A DNA stretch of 64,000 nt from a virus, in the IMG/VR virus record IMGVR_UViG_3300028394_000001, positions 32,001 to 96,000 of that record. One strand, written 5' to 3'. The translations under genes and the position numbers were made by a program. Below, one piece after another: positions 24,700-36,154 of this stretch. Under the pieces are notes generated by a model that saw only the letters and a program-made list of their open reading frames with translations, was not told the DNA's origin and ran no database searches. Within the stretch, counting starts at the first letter, position 1; every line of letters starts with the position of its first letter.

Positions 24700-25770
24700 A
24701 TGGCTTCAGGTGCAGGTTCCGAAATTACAGCTTTAGCTGAAAGTTTACAAGCATATGCTTGTGCTACAAGACAGTATCTTGGCAAAGATTTAACAAGTGT
24801 TACTGATATAAGCGATAAAACTATAAAAGACGCTGATTGTGATAGAACATTGGATCAATGTATTGATGGTCTAAATGCACAATGGTTTCACAGTGTTGTT
24901 GTTACCTCCAACAAAATAGCCAAAGATTTTAGAATTAACAAATCATCAAATTACATATACTATCGTGGTGGTGATTTAGTTGCTTCAATATATTCTGAAT
25001 TTTCCAATTTTAGAAAACAGAGTGGTATTGTTGGTGATGACAAATGGAATCCAGCTGATATTTGGATGGCAAAAAAAGGATTCAAATTTAAAAGTGATTG
25101 GCCTTCTTTAGAAGATTATAATAGATACATTTATGACAACTACCATGATAAAGAACTTATAGGTATTTCATTGAAATTAGTTCCAAAAGGTGATGCAACT
25201 TCCAAGGTGTATAACGATGGTATGCCAATTACTGCAAAATATGAAAACATTAAAATCAATCCTATTCCAATCGAATCAAAAGATGTATACATCCAATTCA
25301 AAACGGATGGAAACAAAACAGGTGAAATTCAATTGAGAAATTTTTCTAGTCGGCCAGTTCCATCTTCATGGCAAGGTGAAATTAAAGGTAAAACTGCTGC
25401 TGGTGGAAAAATTGGTGGAGGCCTTTTAATCAAAGCTGCACAAGAAAGTGGTGTTCCAAATAGTAAACTAACACCACCTTCAAGCTTTTCTTCTAGCATT
25501 GACAAACCTTCAGAACAATTAATAAAAGATTTTGTCGATATGTTTTGTTCACTTGCAAAAATTACAAATGCAGCCGAGAAAAAAAGAATTATGCAATTGG
25601 TTAAGATAAAGCAAAAAGAAGATAAAACTTGGTGGTTATCCAAGTATTTGGGTGTTGCATATTGTTATGCTATTCTCAATTCAGGCAAAGTTGATGATGT
25701 TACCAAATGGTTATATGGTTATGGTTCATCAGCAACAAAAAATAGTAGCATATTCATTAAATATAGTTAA
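24700..25770 (+). CDS. Putative PD-(D/E)xK-fold nuclease-like protein
   Basis: DKWNPADIW..IGISLK. Confidence 0.5.
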   Translation: MASGAGSEITALAESLQAYACATRQYLGKDLTSVTDISDKTIKDADCDRTLDQCIDGLNAQWFHSVVVTSNKIAKDFRINKSSNYIYYRGGDLVASIYSEFSNFRKQSGIVGDDKWNPADIWMAKKGFKFKSDWPSLEDYNRYIYDNYHDKELIGISLKLVPKGDATSKVYNDGMPITAKYENIKINPIPIESKDVYIQFKTDGNKTGEIQLRNFSSRPVPSSWQGEIKGKTAAGGKIGGGLLIKAAQESGVPNSKLTPPSSFSSSIDKPSEQLIKDFVDMFCSLAKITNAAEKKRIMQLVKIKQKEDKTWWLSKYLGVAYCYAILNSGKVDDVTKWLYGYGSSATKNSSIFIKYS

Positions 25771-25787
25771 AAAGGCATTTTTATATT

Positions 25788-26495
25788 ATGACAGCAACAG
25801 TGATTATACCAACAACAGGTGCACCTGAACTCCGCAAAGCAGTTGAAAGTGTTTTAAATCAAACATACGACACACAATGTTATGTTGTTGGTGATGGTGA
25901 ACAATATAATGGCCCTGCAAAGGTTATTTTGGATGAATTTGCCGGTAACAAGAATTTAAGAGTTGCATATCTTCCAATTAATGTCGGCGCCAATGGATTC
26001 TACGGTCATAGAGTTTATGCGGCCTTCACTCACCTAATCAATACAGATTATGTACTGTATCTTGACCAAGATTGTTGGTTTGAACCGAATCATGTACAAT
26101 CATGTATAGATAAGATTGAAAAAGACAAACTTGATTGGTCTTATTCCTTGAGATTAATTACAGACAAAAATGGTAACTACATATGTGAAGATAATTGTGA
26201 ATCTTTAGGTAAGTGGCAAACATATCATGGAATTAATCATATAGATACTAATAACTATTGCATTCCTACTAAAACTGCGATAAGATTAGCTTCTGTTTGG
26301 CATGGCGGATGGGGACAAGATAGAGTATGGTTTCAAACATTGGCAACACACTTTAAAAACTTTGATTGCACTGGTGAATATACAGTCAATTATCGTGTAG
26401 ATGGTAATGCTGGTTCCGTGAATGCTGATTTCTTTAAGAACGGTAATAACATAATGAATGAAAAATACAAAGGTGTTTTTCCTTGGAAAAAATGA
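25788..26495 (+). CDS. Glycosyltransferase family 2
   Basis: VIIPT, SVLNQT, YLDQD. Confidence 0.88.
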   Translation: MTATVIIPTTGAPELRKAVESVLNQTYDTQCYVVGDGEQYNGPAKVILDEFAGNKNLRVAYLPINVGANGFYGHRVYAAFTHLINTDYVLYLDQDCWFEPNHVQSCIDKIEKDKLDWSYSLRLITDKNGNYICEDNCESLGKWQTYHGINHIDTNNYCIPTKTAIRLASVWHGGWGQDRVWFQTLATHFKNFDCTGEYTVNYRVDGNAGSVNADFFKNGNNIMNEKYKGVFPWKK

Positions 26496-26505
26496 TAGGA
26501 GTATT

Positions 26506-27360
26506 ATGAAAAATTTGATTATTGGTGGTTGTACAAACTACGGAATTAACCAGTTGAAACCTTGGGTTCTTTCTATTAAAGAAACGATGCCTGATGCAGA
26601 CAAAGTGATGTGTGTTGGTAATGCATCAACTACAACTAGAGAATGGCTTGTTGAAAATGGATTCAAGTTGGTTAATATGCCAACAATGAATGTTCCAATC
26701 CATGTTCTCCGTTTTCTTTCAATCTATGAATATTTGAGAGAACACTGGCAAGAATATGAATATGTTATCACAACTGATGTTAAAGATGTTTATTTTCAAA
26801 AAAATCCATTTGTTTGGTTGCGTCAAAGACTTGAAATGAGTTCGACAAAAATGGTTGCAGGTTCAGAAGGTATGTTGTATAAAGATGAACCTTGGGGCAA
26901 TGACAATCTTATGCAAGCATATGGTGCATATGTACATGAACTATTTAAAAACAATGAAATTTATAATGTTGGAACAATTGGTGGCAAATCCGAATATGTT
27001 AAAGATTTAGTGTTCAATATTTTTACGAATGCAATTCACAGACCAATTTCTATTTGTGACCAAGCCGTATATAATGTATTGTTACAAACACAACCTTATA
27101 AGGCATGTACCTTTTTTGCTAGTCAACTTGATGGTTGGGCTTGTCAGGCTGGTACAACTGTTGATCCGTCCAAGATTGAACAATTTAGGCCATTTTTAAC
27201 CGAAAAAGAACCTATATTTGTCGATGGATTAGTTAAGACTTGTATGGGTGACATTTTTAATATTGTACATCAATATGATAGAGTACCGGAATGGAAAAAG
27301 TTTGTGCAGGAAAAGTATGAACAAGAAGATGAATCAAAATATTTTACTTATAGAACATAA
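26506..27360 (+). CDS. GT-A-like glycosyltransferase
   Basis: TDVKDVYFQ, DQAVYN, HQYDR. Confidence 0.65.
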   Translation: MKNLIIGGCTNYGINQLKPWVLSIKETMPDADKVMCVGNASTTTREWLVENGFKLVNMPTMNVPIHVLRFLSIYEYLREHWQEYEYVITTDVKDVYFQKNPFVWLRQRLEMSSTKMVAGSEGMLYKDEPWGNDNLMQAYGAYVHELFKNNEIYNVGTIGGKSEYVKDLVFNIFTNAIHRPISICDQAVYNVLLQTQPYKACTFFASQLDGWACQAGTTVDPSKIEQFRPFLTEKEPIFVDGLVKTCMGDIFNIVHQYDRVPEWKKFVQEKYEQEDESKYFTYRT

Positions 27361-27369
27361 GGTTTTGAA

Positions 27370-28332
27370 ATGAAAAGAATATTATATGTTGTTCACCGTT
27401 ATGCTCCATTTCCTGGCGGGTCTGAGAATTATGTTAGAGATATGGCTGAAGAAACTTTATCTAGAGGCCATGAAGTTGCAGTATTTACCGGAGAACACCA
27501 AGGAGATTGGAATGGTGTTAAAGTTACATCTGAACCGAATGTACTTCTTGAAAAGTGGGATTTAATTGTTGTGCATGGTGGTGATGTTGGACTTCAAGAT
27601 TTTGTACTCAACAATATCAGCAAAATACCATCACCAGTTTTGTTTATGTTAATTAGGCCAAGCACTTCTTTGACTTATATGAATGCCATGCGAGAAACCA
27701 GTTTCATCGCTTGTTCAACAATTGAAGATTGGGAATTTGTAAAGAAAATGGGTGTTGAAAATAAATCAGTACAAGTTTCCCATGGAATTGATGCAAAAGG
27801 ATCTCTAGCTAAGAATAAAATTAATTTTAGAGAGAAATATGGAATCAAAACAGATTACATGTGGTTATCTTCTGGTGGTTTTTGGCCTAATAAAGCTTTT
27901 CATGAATTGATTGGTGTCTTTAAAGAAGTTGGCCGCAAAGATGTTACTTTAGTTCTAACAGGTTATGATAATCGTCATGGAATTATGCCTAAAGAAGAAG
28001 ATAACCTTCGTGTAATGATGTTAGATGACCGTAGTGAAGTCTTGGATGCTATATCAGGTGCAGACCTATATATTATGCATAGTCACAGTGAAGGTTTCGG
28101 TTTAGTTCTATTAGAATCTATGTTAAACAAAACACCTTGGGCCGCACGAAATATTGCTGGATCAAAGTTGATGAAAGATTATGGTTTTACATATGATAAC
28201 GATGCAGAATTGATAAAATTCTTGGGTGAATTTAAAACAGCACATGATGATGTCCTCGCAAATAATTTTTTATTTGTTAATAATAACCATTTGATTAAAA
28301 ATACAGTTGATGATATTTTAAAAACACTATGA
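27370..28332 (+). CDS. Glycosyltransferase family 4 (GT-B)
   Basis: GGSE, EGFGLVLLESM. Confidence 0.88.
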   Translation: MKRILYVVHRYAPFPGGSENYVRDMAEETLSRGHEVAVFTGEHQGDWNGVKVTSEPNVLLEKWDLIVVHGGDVGLQDFVLNNISKIPSPVLFMLIRPSTSLTYMNAMRETSFIACSTIEDWEFVKKMGVENKSVQVSHGIDAKGSLAKNKINFREKYGIKTDYMWLSSGGFWPNKAFHELIGVFKEVGRKDVTLVLTGYDNRHGIMPKEEDNLRVMMLDDRSEVLDAISGADLYIMHSHSEGFGLVLLESMLNKTPWAARNIAGSKLMKDYGFTYDNDAELIKFLGEFKTAHDDVLANNFLFVNNNHLIKNTVDDILKTL

Positions 28333-29702
28333 ATAAACTTGTAATATTTGACCTTGACGGCGTTTTGATTGATAGCCGAGAATTACATTATGATGCACTT
28401 AATGATGCTTTGCGTAAAGTTGGTGAACAATATGTTATTACTAGAGAAGAACATCTTTCAACTTATGATGGTTTAAACACAACCAGAAAATTAAAATTAC
28501 TGTCGGAACAAAAAGGTTTACCTAGTAATCTTTATGACCAAATCTGGCAAGATAAACAAAATGCCACATTTGAACTGATTAGAACTTGTCCCAAAAATGC
28601 TTCAATTACTTATATTGTAACACAACTTAAACTGAAAGGTTGGAAAGTTGCAGTTGCTTCTAATAGTATTCGTGAAACAGTTAGACTTGCATTGAAGCGG
28701 GTTGGTATTTTGGAAGAAATTGACTTCTTTGTTTCCAATGAAGATGTGTTTCATCCAAAACCATTTCCCGAAATGTATTGGCAGTGCATGACTAAATTCA
28801 AAGCATTACCAAAAGACACGATTATCGTAGAAGACTCGCATATTGGCCGTGAAGCTGCTTTAAGTTCTGCGGCTACTTTATATCCAGTTGCGGATGCATA
28901 TGAATTGAATGGCAACAAGTTCATGGAATTCATTGATGAATTTGAAGCAGCAGACCGTAGAAAAAATATACCATGGAGAAATAAGAAAATGAATGTTTTG
29001 ATTCCAATGGCGGGTGCAGGCTCAAGATTTGCACAAGCTGGTTATACATTTCCTAAACCGTTGATTGATGTTAATGGAAAACCAATGATTCAAGTTGTCG
29101 TTGATAATTTGAATGTTGAAGCTCATTTTATCTTCTTAGTTCAAAAAGACCATTATCAGAAATACAATTTACAATCTGTTTTGAATCTAATTGCTCCTGG
29201 TTGTGATATTGTTCAAGTGGACGGCTTGACAGAAGGCGCTGCATGTACTACACTACTTGCAAAGGAACTGATTGATAACAATGAACCATTATTGATGGCT
29301 AATTCAGACCAATTTGTGGAATGGAATTCTAATGAGTGTTTGTATGCTTTCACCGCTGACGTTATAGATGGCGGCATTGTAACATTCGAATCAACCCATC
29401 CAAAATGGTCGTTTGCGAAGTTAGATTCTAGTGGTTTTGTTTCTGAGGTTGCTGAAAAGAACCCAATTTCAAATCTAGCTACAGTTGGTATTTACTATTG
29501 GAAGCATGGTTCAGATTATGTTAAGTATGCTGAACAAATGATTTTAAAAAATATCAGAGTGAATAATGAATTCTATGTTTGTCCTGTTTTTAATGAAGCT
29601 ATTGCAGACGGCAAAAAAATCAGAACTAAGAATATCAATAAAATGTGGGGATTAGGAATTCCTGAAGATTTACAATACTATTTGGAGCACCATAAAACAT
29701 GA
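28329..29702 (+). CDS. HAD phosphatase fused to a sugar-phosphate nucleotidyltransferase
   Basis: DLDGVL, KP.P, EDS; PMAGAGSRF..PKPLI. Confidence 0.88.
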   Translation: MNKLVIFDLDGVLIDSRELHYDALNDALRKVGEQYVITREEHLSTYDGLNTTRKLKLLSEQKGLPSNLYDQIWQDKQNATFELIRTCPKNASITYIVTQLKLKGWKVAVASNSIRETVRLALKRVGILEEIDFFVSNEDVFHPKPFPEMYWQCMTKFKALPKDTIIVEDSHIGREAALSSAATLYPVADAYELNGNKFMEFIDEFEAADRRKNIPWRNKKMNVLIPMAGAGSRFAQAGYTFPKPLIDVNGKPMIQVVVDNLNVEAHFIFLVQKDHYQKYNLQSVLNLIAPGCDIVQVDGLTEGAACTTLLAKELIDNNEPLLMANSDQFVEWNSNECLYAFTADVIDGGIVTFESTHPKWSFAKLDSSGFVSEVAEKNPISNLATVGIYYWKHGSDYVKYAEQMILKNIRVNNEFYVCPVFNEAIADGKKIRTKNINKMWGLGIPEDLQYYLEHHKT

Positions 29703-30418
29703 ACATAGCACTAATACTTACAGGACACATGCGTTGTTGGGAACAAGTTTTCCCAAATACCAAAGAAGTTATCCTCGATAGATACAAGCCTGATATTTTC
29801 ATTCATGCATGGGATGAACAAGCTTGGTGGGATCCTCACAGTAAAGAGGGGTTTGTTGCAAACTCACCCAAGATTGACCAAAAAGGTATTTTGGAATCTT
29901 ACAAACCAACAGCCATGTTTTTTGAGGATTTTGAACATAAGCGTGCAGATTTTGAAAAGGCTGCTGAGAATTATGAAAAACACTATCATGTAAAAAGGAA
30001 TATTCTTTCCATGTTTTACAAAATAGGTCGAGGTGTTGATATGATGAATGAACATACCTCTAGAACAGGCAAACAATATGATTTAGTTATTCGTATGAGA
30101 CCTGATTTGGTTTTTAAACAACAGTTACCAAATTTTGATTCCAATAAATTTTATACCATATTGCATCGAAATCACGTTGGCCAAGGAACAGGAGATATGT
30201 TTCAAGCAAGTAATCAATGGCTCATGACAATTTTTAGTAACATATCACTTATTTTGCCACAATTATACAAAGAAACTGGAATACTTTGTCCACACATTGT
30301 TTCTGAACATATGTTTAGACAATTACAATTGCCTTGGGAAGAATTTCCTATTGAACGAATGTTGATGCATACACCAGCTGGCGAATATAAACCAAAACAA
30401 CTTTATGGATACAATTAA
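29699..30418 (+). CDS. Glycan-cluster hypothetical protein
   Basis: IALILTGHMR, YDLVIRMRPD. Confidence 0.65.
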   Translation: MNIALILTGHMRCWEQVFPNTKEVILDRYKPDIFIHAWDEQAWWDPHSKEGFVANSPKIDQKGILESYKPTAMFFEDFEHKRADFEKAAENYEKHYHVKRNILSMFYKIGRGVDMMNEHTSRTGKQYDLVIRMRPDLVFKQQLPNFDSNKFYTILHRNHVGQGTGDMFQASNQWLMTIFSNISLILPQLYKETGILCPHIVSEHMFRQLQLPWEEFPIERMLMHTPAGEYKPKQLYGYN

Positions 30419-31157
30419 AATGACAAATGAAATTAAACTCACATCTGGTGAAGTTACACTTAGAGTATATGATGAACCAACCATCTTCGATGAAATTATT
30501 TCATTAAAAGACGGACCTGTCCAATATGAGAGAGTTGGTACAGGTAACATTAAAATGGTTCAACATCCTTATCCATATTCCATTAAACTAGAAGAATTTA
30601 ATTTTTTAACAAACTTGATTAAAGATAATAATCTACAAAGAGGTTATGAATGTGCAACAGCTTTTGGAATCAGCTCACTAGCCATTGGTTTAGGTTTTAA
30701 AGAAACTGGTGGAAAATGTGTTACCATGGATGCCTATATTGAAGAAAAATGTGGAGATGCCGGTGCATATGAAAAATTCGAAAGAGAAGTATATGAAAAG
30801 GCTGATGGGTTGAAATCGGTAAAGTATCTTATTGAAAAATACAATTTAGGAAATACATTGTATCCTGAAATTGGTTGGAGTCCAACAGATACAGAATCTG
30901 CTGTCAGAAAACATATCACTGAACCATTGGATTTTGTTTTTATTGATGCTGGTCATTTCCCTGAACAGATGATAAAAGACTTTGATGCATTCTTACCATT
31001 GCTCGGTGAAAAGTATGTGTTAGCTTTCCATGACGTTTATCCTTGGAGTTATTCAGATATGGTACATGACCATATTTACAAAAGGATAGGAAAACGTGTA
31101 GAAATTAAAGTTCCACATCCAGCTGGTGAAAACTTAGGTGTTATTATTAACTTATGA
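30405..31157 (+). CDS. Class I SAM methyltransferase
   Basis: ECATAFGISS, DFVFIDAGH, FHD. Confidence 0.78.
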   Translation: MDTIKMTNEIKLTSGEVTLRVYDEPTIFDEIISLKDGPVQYERVGTGNIKMVQHPYPYSIKLEEFNFLTNLIKDNNLQRGYECATAFGISSLAIGLGFKETGGKCVTMDAYIEEKCGDAGAYEKFEREVYEKADGLKSVKYLIEKYNLGNTLYPEIGWSPTDTESAVRKHITEPLDFVFIDAGHFPEQMIKDFDAFLPLLGEKYVLAFHDVYPWSYSDMVHDHIYKRIGKRVEIKVPHPAGENLGVIINL

Positions 31158-31603
31158 TTTATATTGCTCATCGTGGACTAACAACCGGGCCCAATAAAGA
31201 TATTGAAAACTGGCCGAAACAGATTGAGAAAGCAATTTCAGAAGGTTTTCATTGTGAAATCGATTTGTGGGTGATGGATGATAAGAAAACTTTGATGTTG
31301 GGTCACGATAAACCTCAATATTTGATTGATTATACCTTTCTCTATGATAAACCCCTTTGGATACATGCAAAAAACTTTGAAGCTTTAAGTTGGTTATCTG
31401 AACGAATATTAAACTATTTTTGGCATGATAATGACAGTTATACATTAACCAGTAATGGTTGTATTTGGACATATCCCGGTTCCAAACTAAATGAAAATAG
31501 TATATGTAATCAGCCGGAATGGAATACACCAATTGAAAAACTATTAAATTTTAAAGAAAACTGTTTTGGTGTATGTTCCAAGTATGTGGGATTGATGAGA
31601 TAA
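31154..31603 (+). CDS. GDPD-like phosphodiesterase
   Basis: IAHRG, EN, EID, GHD, WIHAKN. Confidence 0.75.
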   Translation: MIYIAHRGLTTGPNKDIENWPKQIEKAISEGFHCEIDLWVMDDKKTLMLGHDKPQYLIDYTFLYDKPLWIHAKNFEALSWLSERILNYFWHDNDSYTLTSNGCIWTYPGSKLNENSICNQPEWNTPIEKLLNFKENCFGVCSKYVGLMR

Positions 31604-31610
31604 AAAGTTG

Positions 31611-31618
31611 TATAAATA
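31611..31618 (+). promoter_or_regulatory. T4-type late promoter
   Basis: TATAAATA. Confidence 0.8.
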
Positions 31619-31660
31619 ACAGATGGTAACCAGAGTGTGTTACAATTCTAAGGGCAATCA

Positions 31661-32107
31661 ATGAAAACTTTTATTTCCTTCTTAAAAGAAGAAGCGGAGC
31701 CAGAAGGTTCGGCTTTAAAGCATATTCACCATGCGGAAGACCGTCCGTTAATGCACGGCGCCGAAGGGTTTGAACATGCACATGGTGCTTTAATGCAGGC
31801 TCACGAACACGTTAAAGCCAAAGCAAATAGCAGCAATCTAACCATGAAATATGATGGTTCACCTGCAATTGTCTTTGGTCACCATCCAAAAACAGGTAAA
31901 TTCTTTGTTGCAAGCAAGTCAGCCTTCAACAAGACTCCAAAAATTAACCACACAGAAAAAGATGTTGACAAGAATCATGGTCACGCACCTGGACTTGCAT
32001 TAAAACTTAAAGCTGCTTTGAAACATTTGCCAAAAGTTACACCAAAGCATGGTGTTTATCAAGGTGACATGATGCATTCATCAGAGGATTTACACCACCA
32101 TGACTAA
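31661..32107 (+). CDS. N-terminal half of a His-rich ligase-like nucleotidyltransferase (DUF6267-like)
   Basis: MKYDGSP (KxDG), VYQGD; N-terminus MKTFISFLKEE. Confidence 0.6.
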   Translation: MKTFISFLKEEAEPEGSALKHIHHAEDRPLMHGAEGFEHAHGALMQAHEHVKAKANSSNLTMKYDGSPAIVFGHHPKTGKFFVASKSAFNKTPKINHTEKDVDKNHGHAPGLALKLKAALKHLPKVTPKHGVYQGDMMHSSEDLHHHD

Positions 32108-32855
32108 AAAAGTATCGTTTACTCCAAATACAATCACTTACACCGCGCATGGTGATAATGCTAAAAAAGTTGCTGCGTCTAAGGTTGGTGTAGTGGTTCA
32201 CACAAAATATCATGGTTCCGATATTGGTACTATGTCTGCACACCACGATGTTGACCACCACAACTTTAAACAACATAAAGATGTTCACCATCATGGTGCA
32301 GAACATGATACTGCAAAAGTTGATTATCCATCTCATGCACAGGATGAATTTCATAAACACATGGCAGCTGCAAAAGAAATCCATGATACACACGGATCAA
32401 AAATGTATCATGCAACAGCAAAACACAGAGGTGAAAATACACATCTGACAACCTACATCAACAAAACCGTTGACACCGGTGAAGTTCCAAATGTTTCATC
32501 ATTAAAAACTCACATTAAAACACAACACGCCAAAATGGCAGATAAAGTCAAAACCGACGCTGCCAAGAAAGCAAAAACTTCTGCGGGACAGGAACATGTT
32601 GACCATATTGAAAAGAACAAAGAACATTATCAGAATCTTCTAACAATGCACCATCATTTAGCACAAGCTAAGAACACTCTAGTTAAACACCTAGAAGGTC
32701 ATGAAGGACATTATGAACATCACATTGGTGGTGTTAAATCTAAACCCGAAGGATTTGTGGTTCACCATACTCCAGAATCTGGAAAAACTGAACCAACAAA
32801 GTTAGTAAATAGAGCGGAGTTCGCAAAACAAAACAGATTAAAAATCAGAAAATAA
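32100..32855 (+). CDS. C-terminal half of the same His-rich protein
   Basis: FTPNTITY, PEGFVV, TKLVNRAEF. Confidence 0.6.
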   Translation: MTKKVSFTPNTITYTAHGDNAKKVAASKVGVVVHTKYHGSDIGTMSAHHDVDHHNFKQHKDVHHHGAEHDTAKVDYPSHAQDEFHKHMAAAKEIHDTHGSKMYHATAKHRGENTHLTTYINKTVDTGEVPNVSSLKTHIKTQHAKMADKVKTDAAKKAKTSAGQEHVDHIEKNKEHYQNLLTMHHHLAQAKNTLVKHLEGHEGHYEHHIGGVKSKPEGFVVHHTPESGKTEPTKLVNRAEFAKQNRLKIRK

Positions 32856-34607
32856 ATGAAATCCTTTTTAGAAGTTATACAAGAAAAAGCATCTGGTGAT
32901 GTTCACCATGTGATGTCCTTTGGTCGGATGAATCCTCCGACTACTGGTCACCTAAAGCTTATAGACAAAGTAAAAGAAGTTGCAAAGAAACAACATGCGG
33001 ATCATTCCGCTGTGGTTGTTTCACATTCACAGGATTCAAAAAAGAACCCACTTTCTTCTCAACAGAAGATTAAACACCTGAAAAGATATTCACCTGGTAC
33101 ACATTTTGAAGCTTCTTCTAAAGAGAAACCAACATTTCTACAACATGCAGCTGAATTACACAAAAAAGGTGTGACACACTTGCACATGGTTGTTGGTTCA
33201 GACCGCGTGAAAGAAATGCACGATAAGTTACACCAATACAATGGAAATCATCCTGGAGCTCTGTACCATTTTAAGAAGATAACAGTTCATTCGGCTGGCC
33301 AAAGAGATCCTGACGCAGAAGGTACAGAAGGAATGTCTGGCACCAAGATGCGTGAACATGCTAAGAGCAGTAACTTTGGAGAATTCCGTAAAGGTGTTCC
33401 CTCTCATGTACCTGAACACCATGCAAAAGAATTGATGCATGATGTTCGCAAGGGAATGGGATTACATGAAGATTACAGTTATGGTCGCCATAAAGCAATC
33501 TTCGTAACTGGTGGTCCAGGTTCAGGTAAAGACATTATCGTCCGTGAGTGTATTGCTTCACAGAAGATTGTTGAACATAATTTCCAACAAGTTGTAGATA
33601 TTCTAAATGATAAACACAAACTTGCAATGAGATCCATGAGTCCAAAATTTGAATCCATACGCACCCGCGCACCACTAATCATTAATGGACCAGCAGACGA
33701 TTTGCAGAAAATTGGCCAAATCAAAGAAGAATTGGAAGAATTGGGTTATCAAACAATGATGGTGTTTGTGGATACAACCAATTCAGTCAGTAAAGAAAGA
33801 AACACACTATTATCTAAGATGATGATGGAATCTATTCGCCAAGAAAAGTGGCAAAAAGCACAAAAGAATGCTGAACAACTTTCTGAAATGTTTACTGATT
33901 TTGTGAGATTCGATAATTCTGGTGACTTAGAATGCAAAGAGGAAGATATTACAGAAACTTATAAACTAACAAAAGAGTTTCTATCTTCAAGCTCTATCAT
34001 TGAATCTTTACAGAACGGAAATCGTTTTAGAGGATTGTATGAAAGTTCTAAGACTAAAGTTAAAGTTTTAAAAGATAACAATAGTCCATTCATGCAAATT
34101 CAAAACAAAATGGGCAAACGGGATGATGTTCGTGATGGTGATGTAAAGTCAAATAGTACATATGCATTTAGGACATATGCGGAAGCCAATTTTAATAAAG
34201 ACAAAGAAACCGGTAAGAAAAAGACTGCATTGTCTGCCGGCCGAGTTGGTGATCCAGGTGGTATTGGTCCAACAATGAATGCTCGCACAGGTGGAGGTTC
34301 CAGTTCGGCTGGTGCTGGACTAGGTAACCAAACTTACAGTGAAGCTGAAGAATTTGATAACATAAATGTTGCCGCTGCGGGTTTAGATTCTAAACCTAAA
34401 AAAGTTAGTCCAAATCCGTTAGGTGAAAAGAAAAAACTTAAAGGTTTCAAAGAATCAGTTTACTCTGGTGAAACCGGAAATGAAATGGGAGTTGCAGGTG
34501 TTATGGGTGGTGCAATGAAAAAAGAACCTCTAGTTAAGCCTACAGATAAATACATAAAAGCGGGTATTACAACTAAAACACAAAAGAAAAAATTGGGAGC
34601 CAAATAA
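32856..34607 (+). CDS. Cytidylyltransferase-like domain plus P-loop kinase
   Basis: [22 protein letters not shown]; GGPGSGK. Confidence 0.78.
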   Translation: MKSFLEVIQEKASGDVHHVMSFGRMNPPTTGHLKLIDKVKEVAKKQHADHSAVVVSHSQDSKKNPLSSQQKIKHLKRYSPGTHFEASSKEKPTFLQHAAELHKKGVTHLHMVVGSDRVKEMHDKLHQYNGNHPGALYHFKKITVHSAGQRDPDAEGTEGMSGTKMREHAKSSNFGEFRKGVPSHVPEHHAKELMHDVRKGMGLHEDYSYGRHKAIFVTGGPGSGKDIIVRECIASQKIVEHNFQQVVDILNDKHKLAMRSMSPKFESIRTRAPLIINGPADDLQKIGQIKEELEELGYQTMMVFVDTTNSVSKERNTLLSKMMMESIRQEKWQKAQKNAEQLSEMFTDFVRFDNSGDLECKEEDITETYKLTKEFLSSSSIIESLQNGNRFRGLYESSKTKVKVLKDNNSPFMQIQNKMGKRDDVRDGDVKSNSTYAFRTYAEANFNKDKETGKKKTALSAGRVGDPGGIGPTMNARTGGGSSSAGAGLGNQTYSEAEEFDNINVAAAGLDSKPKKVSPNPLGEKKKLKGFKESVYSGETGNEMGVAGVMGGAMKKEPLVKPTDKYIKAGITTKTQKKKLGAK

Positions 34608-36154
34608 TGTTTACTAAGAATAGTGTTTCACAATCAATGATAAGCGCAGTTGAGTCTGTGTTGGCTGAAGATAAGAAGTTGCTCCTTGAACCTGATGCTG
34701 AGAAAAAAGGCCGCAAAAAGAAAGATGGAGTTAACGAAATGGACAAGAGCCAAACACCTCCAGGTCGTGACGGTGGTCATCGTCCTGGTGGTCCAGACCG
34801 GTATGTAAAGCCAATAACAAAAGAAAAAATGGTCAAACACGCTCTTGACATTCTTAGTAAATCAAATGCTAAAAAAGATGACAAGAAAGATGTGAAAGAA
34901 GAATTAAAAGGTGACCAACACAAGTTGGACAAGAATCACAACGGTAAATTGGACGGCCAAGATTTCAAATTACTAAGAATGAAAAAAGAAGGCGTCCTTG
35001 ATTCAATTAGATCCGGTACAAGAAAAGTTATGAATAAAGTTGCTCCAGGTGACGATAAGTTACTAAGTAATTTAGAAAGAGACACTGGTGGTAAGCGTCC
35101 TAATATGTACAACAAACCCAATGCTGGGCCTAAAACTGATGATAACTTCCGTGCATATCTTGCTTCAAAGAAAAATAAAACAAATGAAGAAATTGAAACT
35201 GTAGAAGAAGGTTCGTCCGCTATCATGAACAGGACGAGGAGTAACCTTAAAAGCGACTCAAATGTTGATATGAAAAAACACATTGGTGCTCAGGCTGACA
35301 GACATGAAAAACTCATGAACGCGAAACATGATGACCACATCCACAACATTCACCAAGACCAAAAAAGACGAGAAATTGATACAGATTTTCACGCTAAAAA
35401 AAGAGAAATAGAATTAAAGCATATGGAACATGGCCATCCTCACGATGTAAATTTAAATGATATGGTTCCAGCAATAGTTCATAGATACAAAAATTACGGA
35501 AAAACAAATGAAGGACTTGATCCAGTTGGCAAAGAAGATGACGATGTTAATAACGACGGCAAAACAGATAAATCAGATGACTATTTAAAGAATCGCCGTA
35601 AAGCAATTTCCGCATCAATGAAAAAAGAAGAAGTTGAAGAACTTGATGAATTGTCAAAGTCCACTCTTGGTTCGTATGCTAAGAAAGCATCCCGTGATGC
35701 TACAATTATGCGTAAAATTGGAGCAGATTTTGAAAACAGGGCTGACAGAGCAAGAAGTCCAGGTATGAAAGATTCCAACACTCAACTATCCAGTAAATAT
35801 AAACAAACGTCTTGGAAACGCAGAGACGGTGTTGAAAAAGCAATTGACCGTTTAACCAAAGAAGACATTGGTGCAATGCAAAGTGTCGTTGGCGAAAACA
35901 AAGGTAAGAAATCTGTAAGAGTGGATACACTTAAAGGACCTACAATCTCTAATGATCCGGAAGTGAAAAGTGCAAATGCTCATTTTTCCGGTAAAGCAGC
36001 AACATTGAAAGCTGAAGGTAAAGGCACAGATACTGCTGTACCTTTTGTTACCGATTCTGCAACACACAGAGAAATCAATAAAGCTGTTAAACCTACATTC
36101 AAGAGAATCAAAGAAATGTTGGGTAAAACAGGAACTTCGGAAGAAAAAAAGTGA
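34607..36154 (+). CDS. Charged low-complexity late protein, probable internal head protein
   Basis: Modular K/D/E-rich sequence with EF-hand-like DxNxxG motifs. Confidence 0.55.
   Translation: MFTKNSVSQSMISAVESVLAEDKKLLLEPDAEKKGRKKKDGVNEMDKSQTPPGRDGGHRPGGPDRYVKPITKEKMVKHALDILSKSNAKKDDKKDVKEELKGDQHKLDKNHNGKLDGQDFKLLRMKKEGVLDSIRSGTRKVMNKVAPGDDKLLSNLERDTGGKRPNMYNKPNAGPKTDDNFRAYLASKKNKTNEEIETVEEGSSAIMNRTRSNLKSDSNVDMKKHIGAQADRHEKLMNAKHDDHIHNIHQDQKRREIDTDFHAKKREIELKHMEHGHPHDVNLNDMVPAIVHRYKNYGKTNEGLDPVGKEDDDVNNDGKTDKSDDYLKNRRKAISASMKKEEVEELDELSKSTLGSYAKKASRDATIMRKIGADFENRADRARSPGMKDSNTQLSSKYKQTSWKRRDGVEKAIDRLTKEDIGAMQSVVGENKGKKSVRVDTLKGPTISNDPEVKSANAHFSGKAATLKAEGKGTDTAVPFVTDSATHREINKAVKPTFKRIKEMLGKTGTSEEKK

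Noticed and set aside
33479-33950. Zeta-toxin toxin-antitoxin call for the P-loop domain
   Set aside because: Only a Walker A kinase motif is supported, fused within a late protein, with no antitoxin evident.
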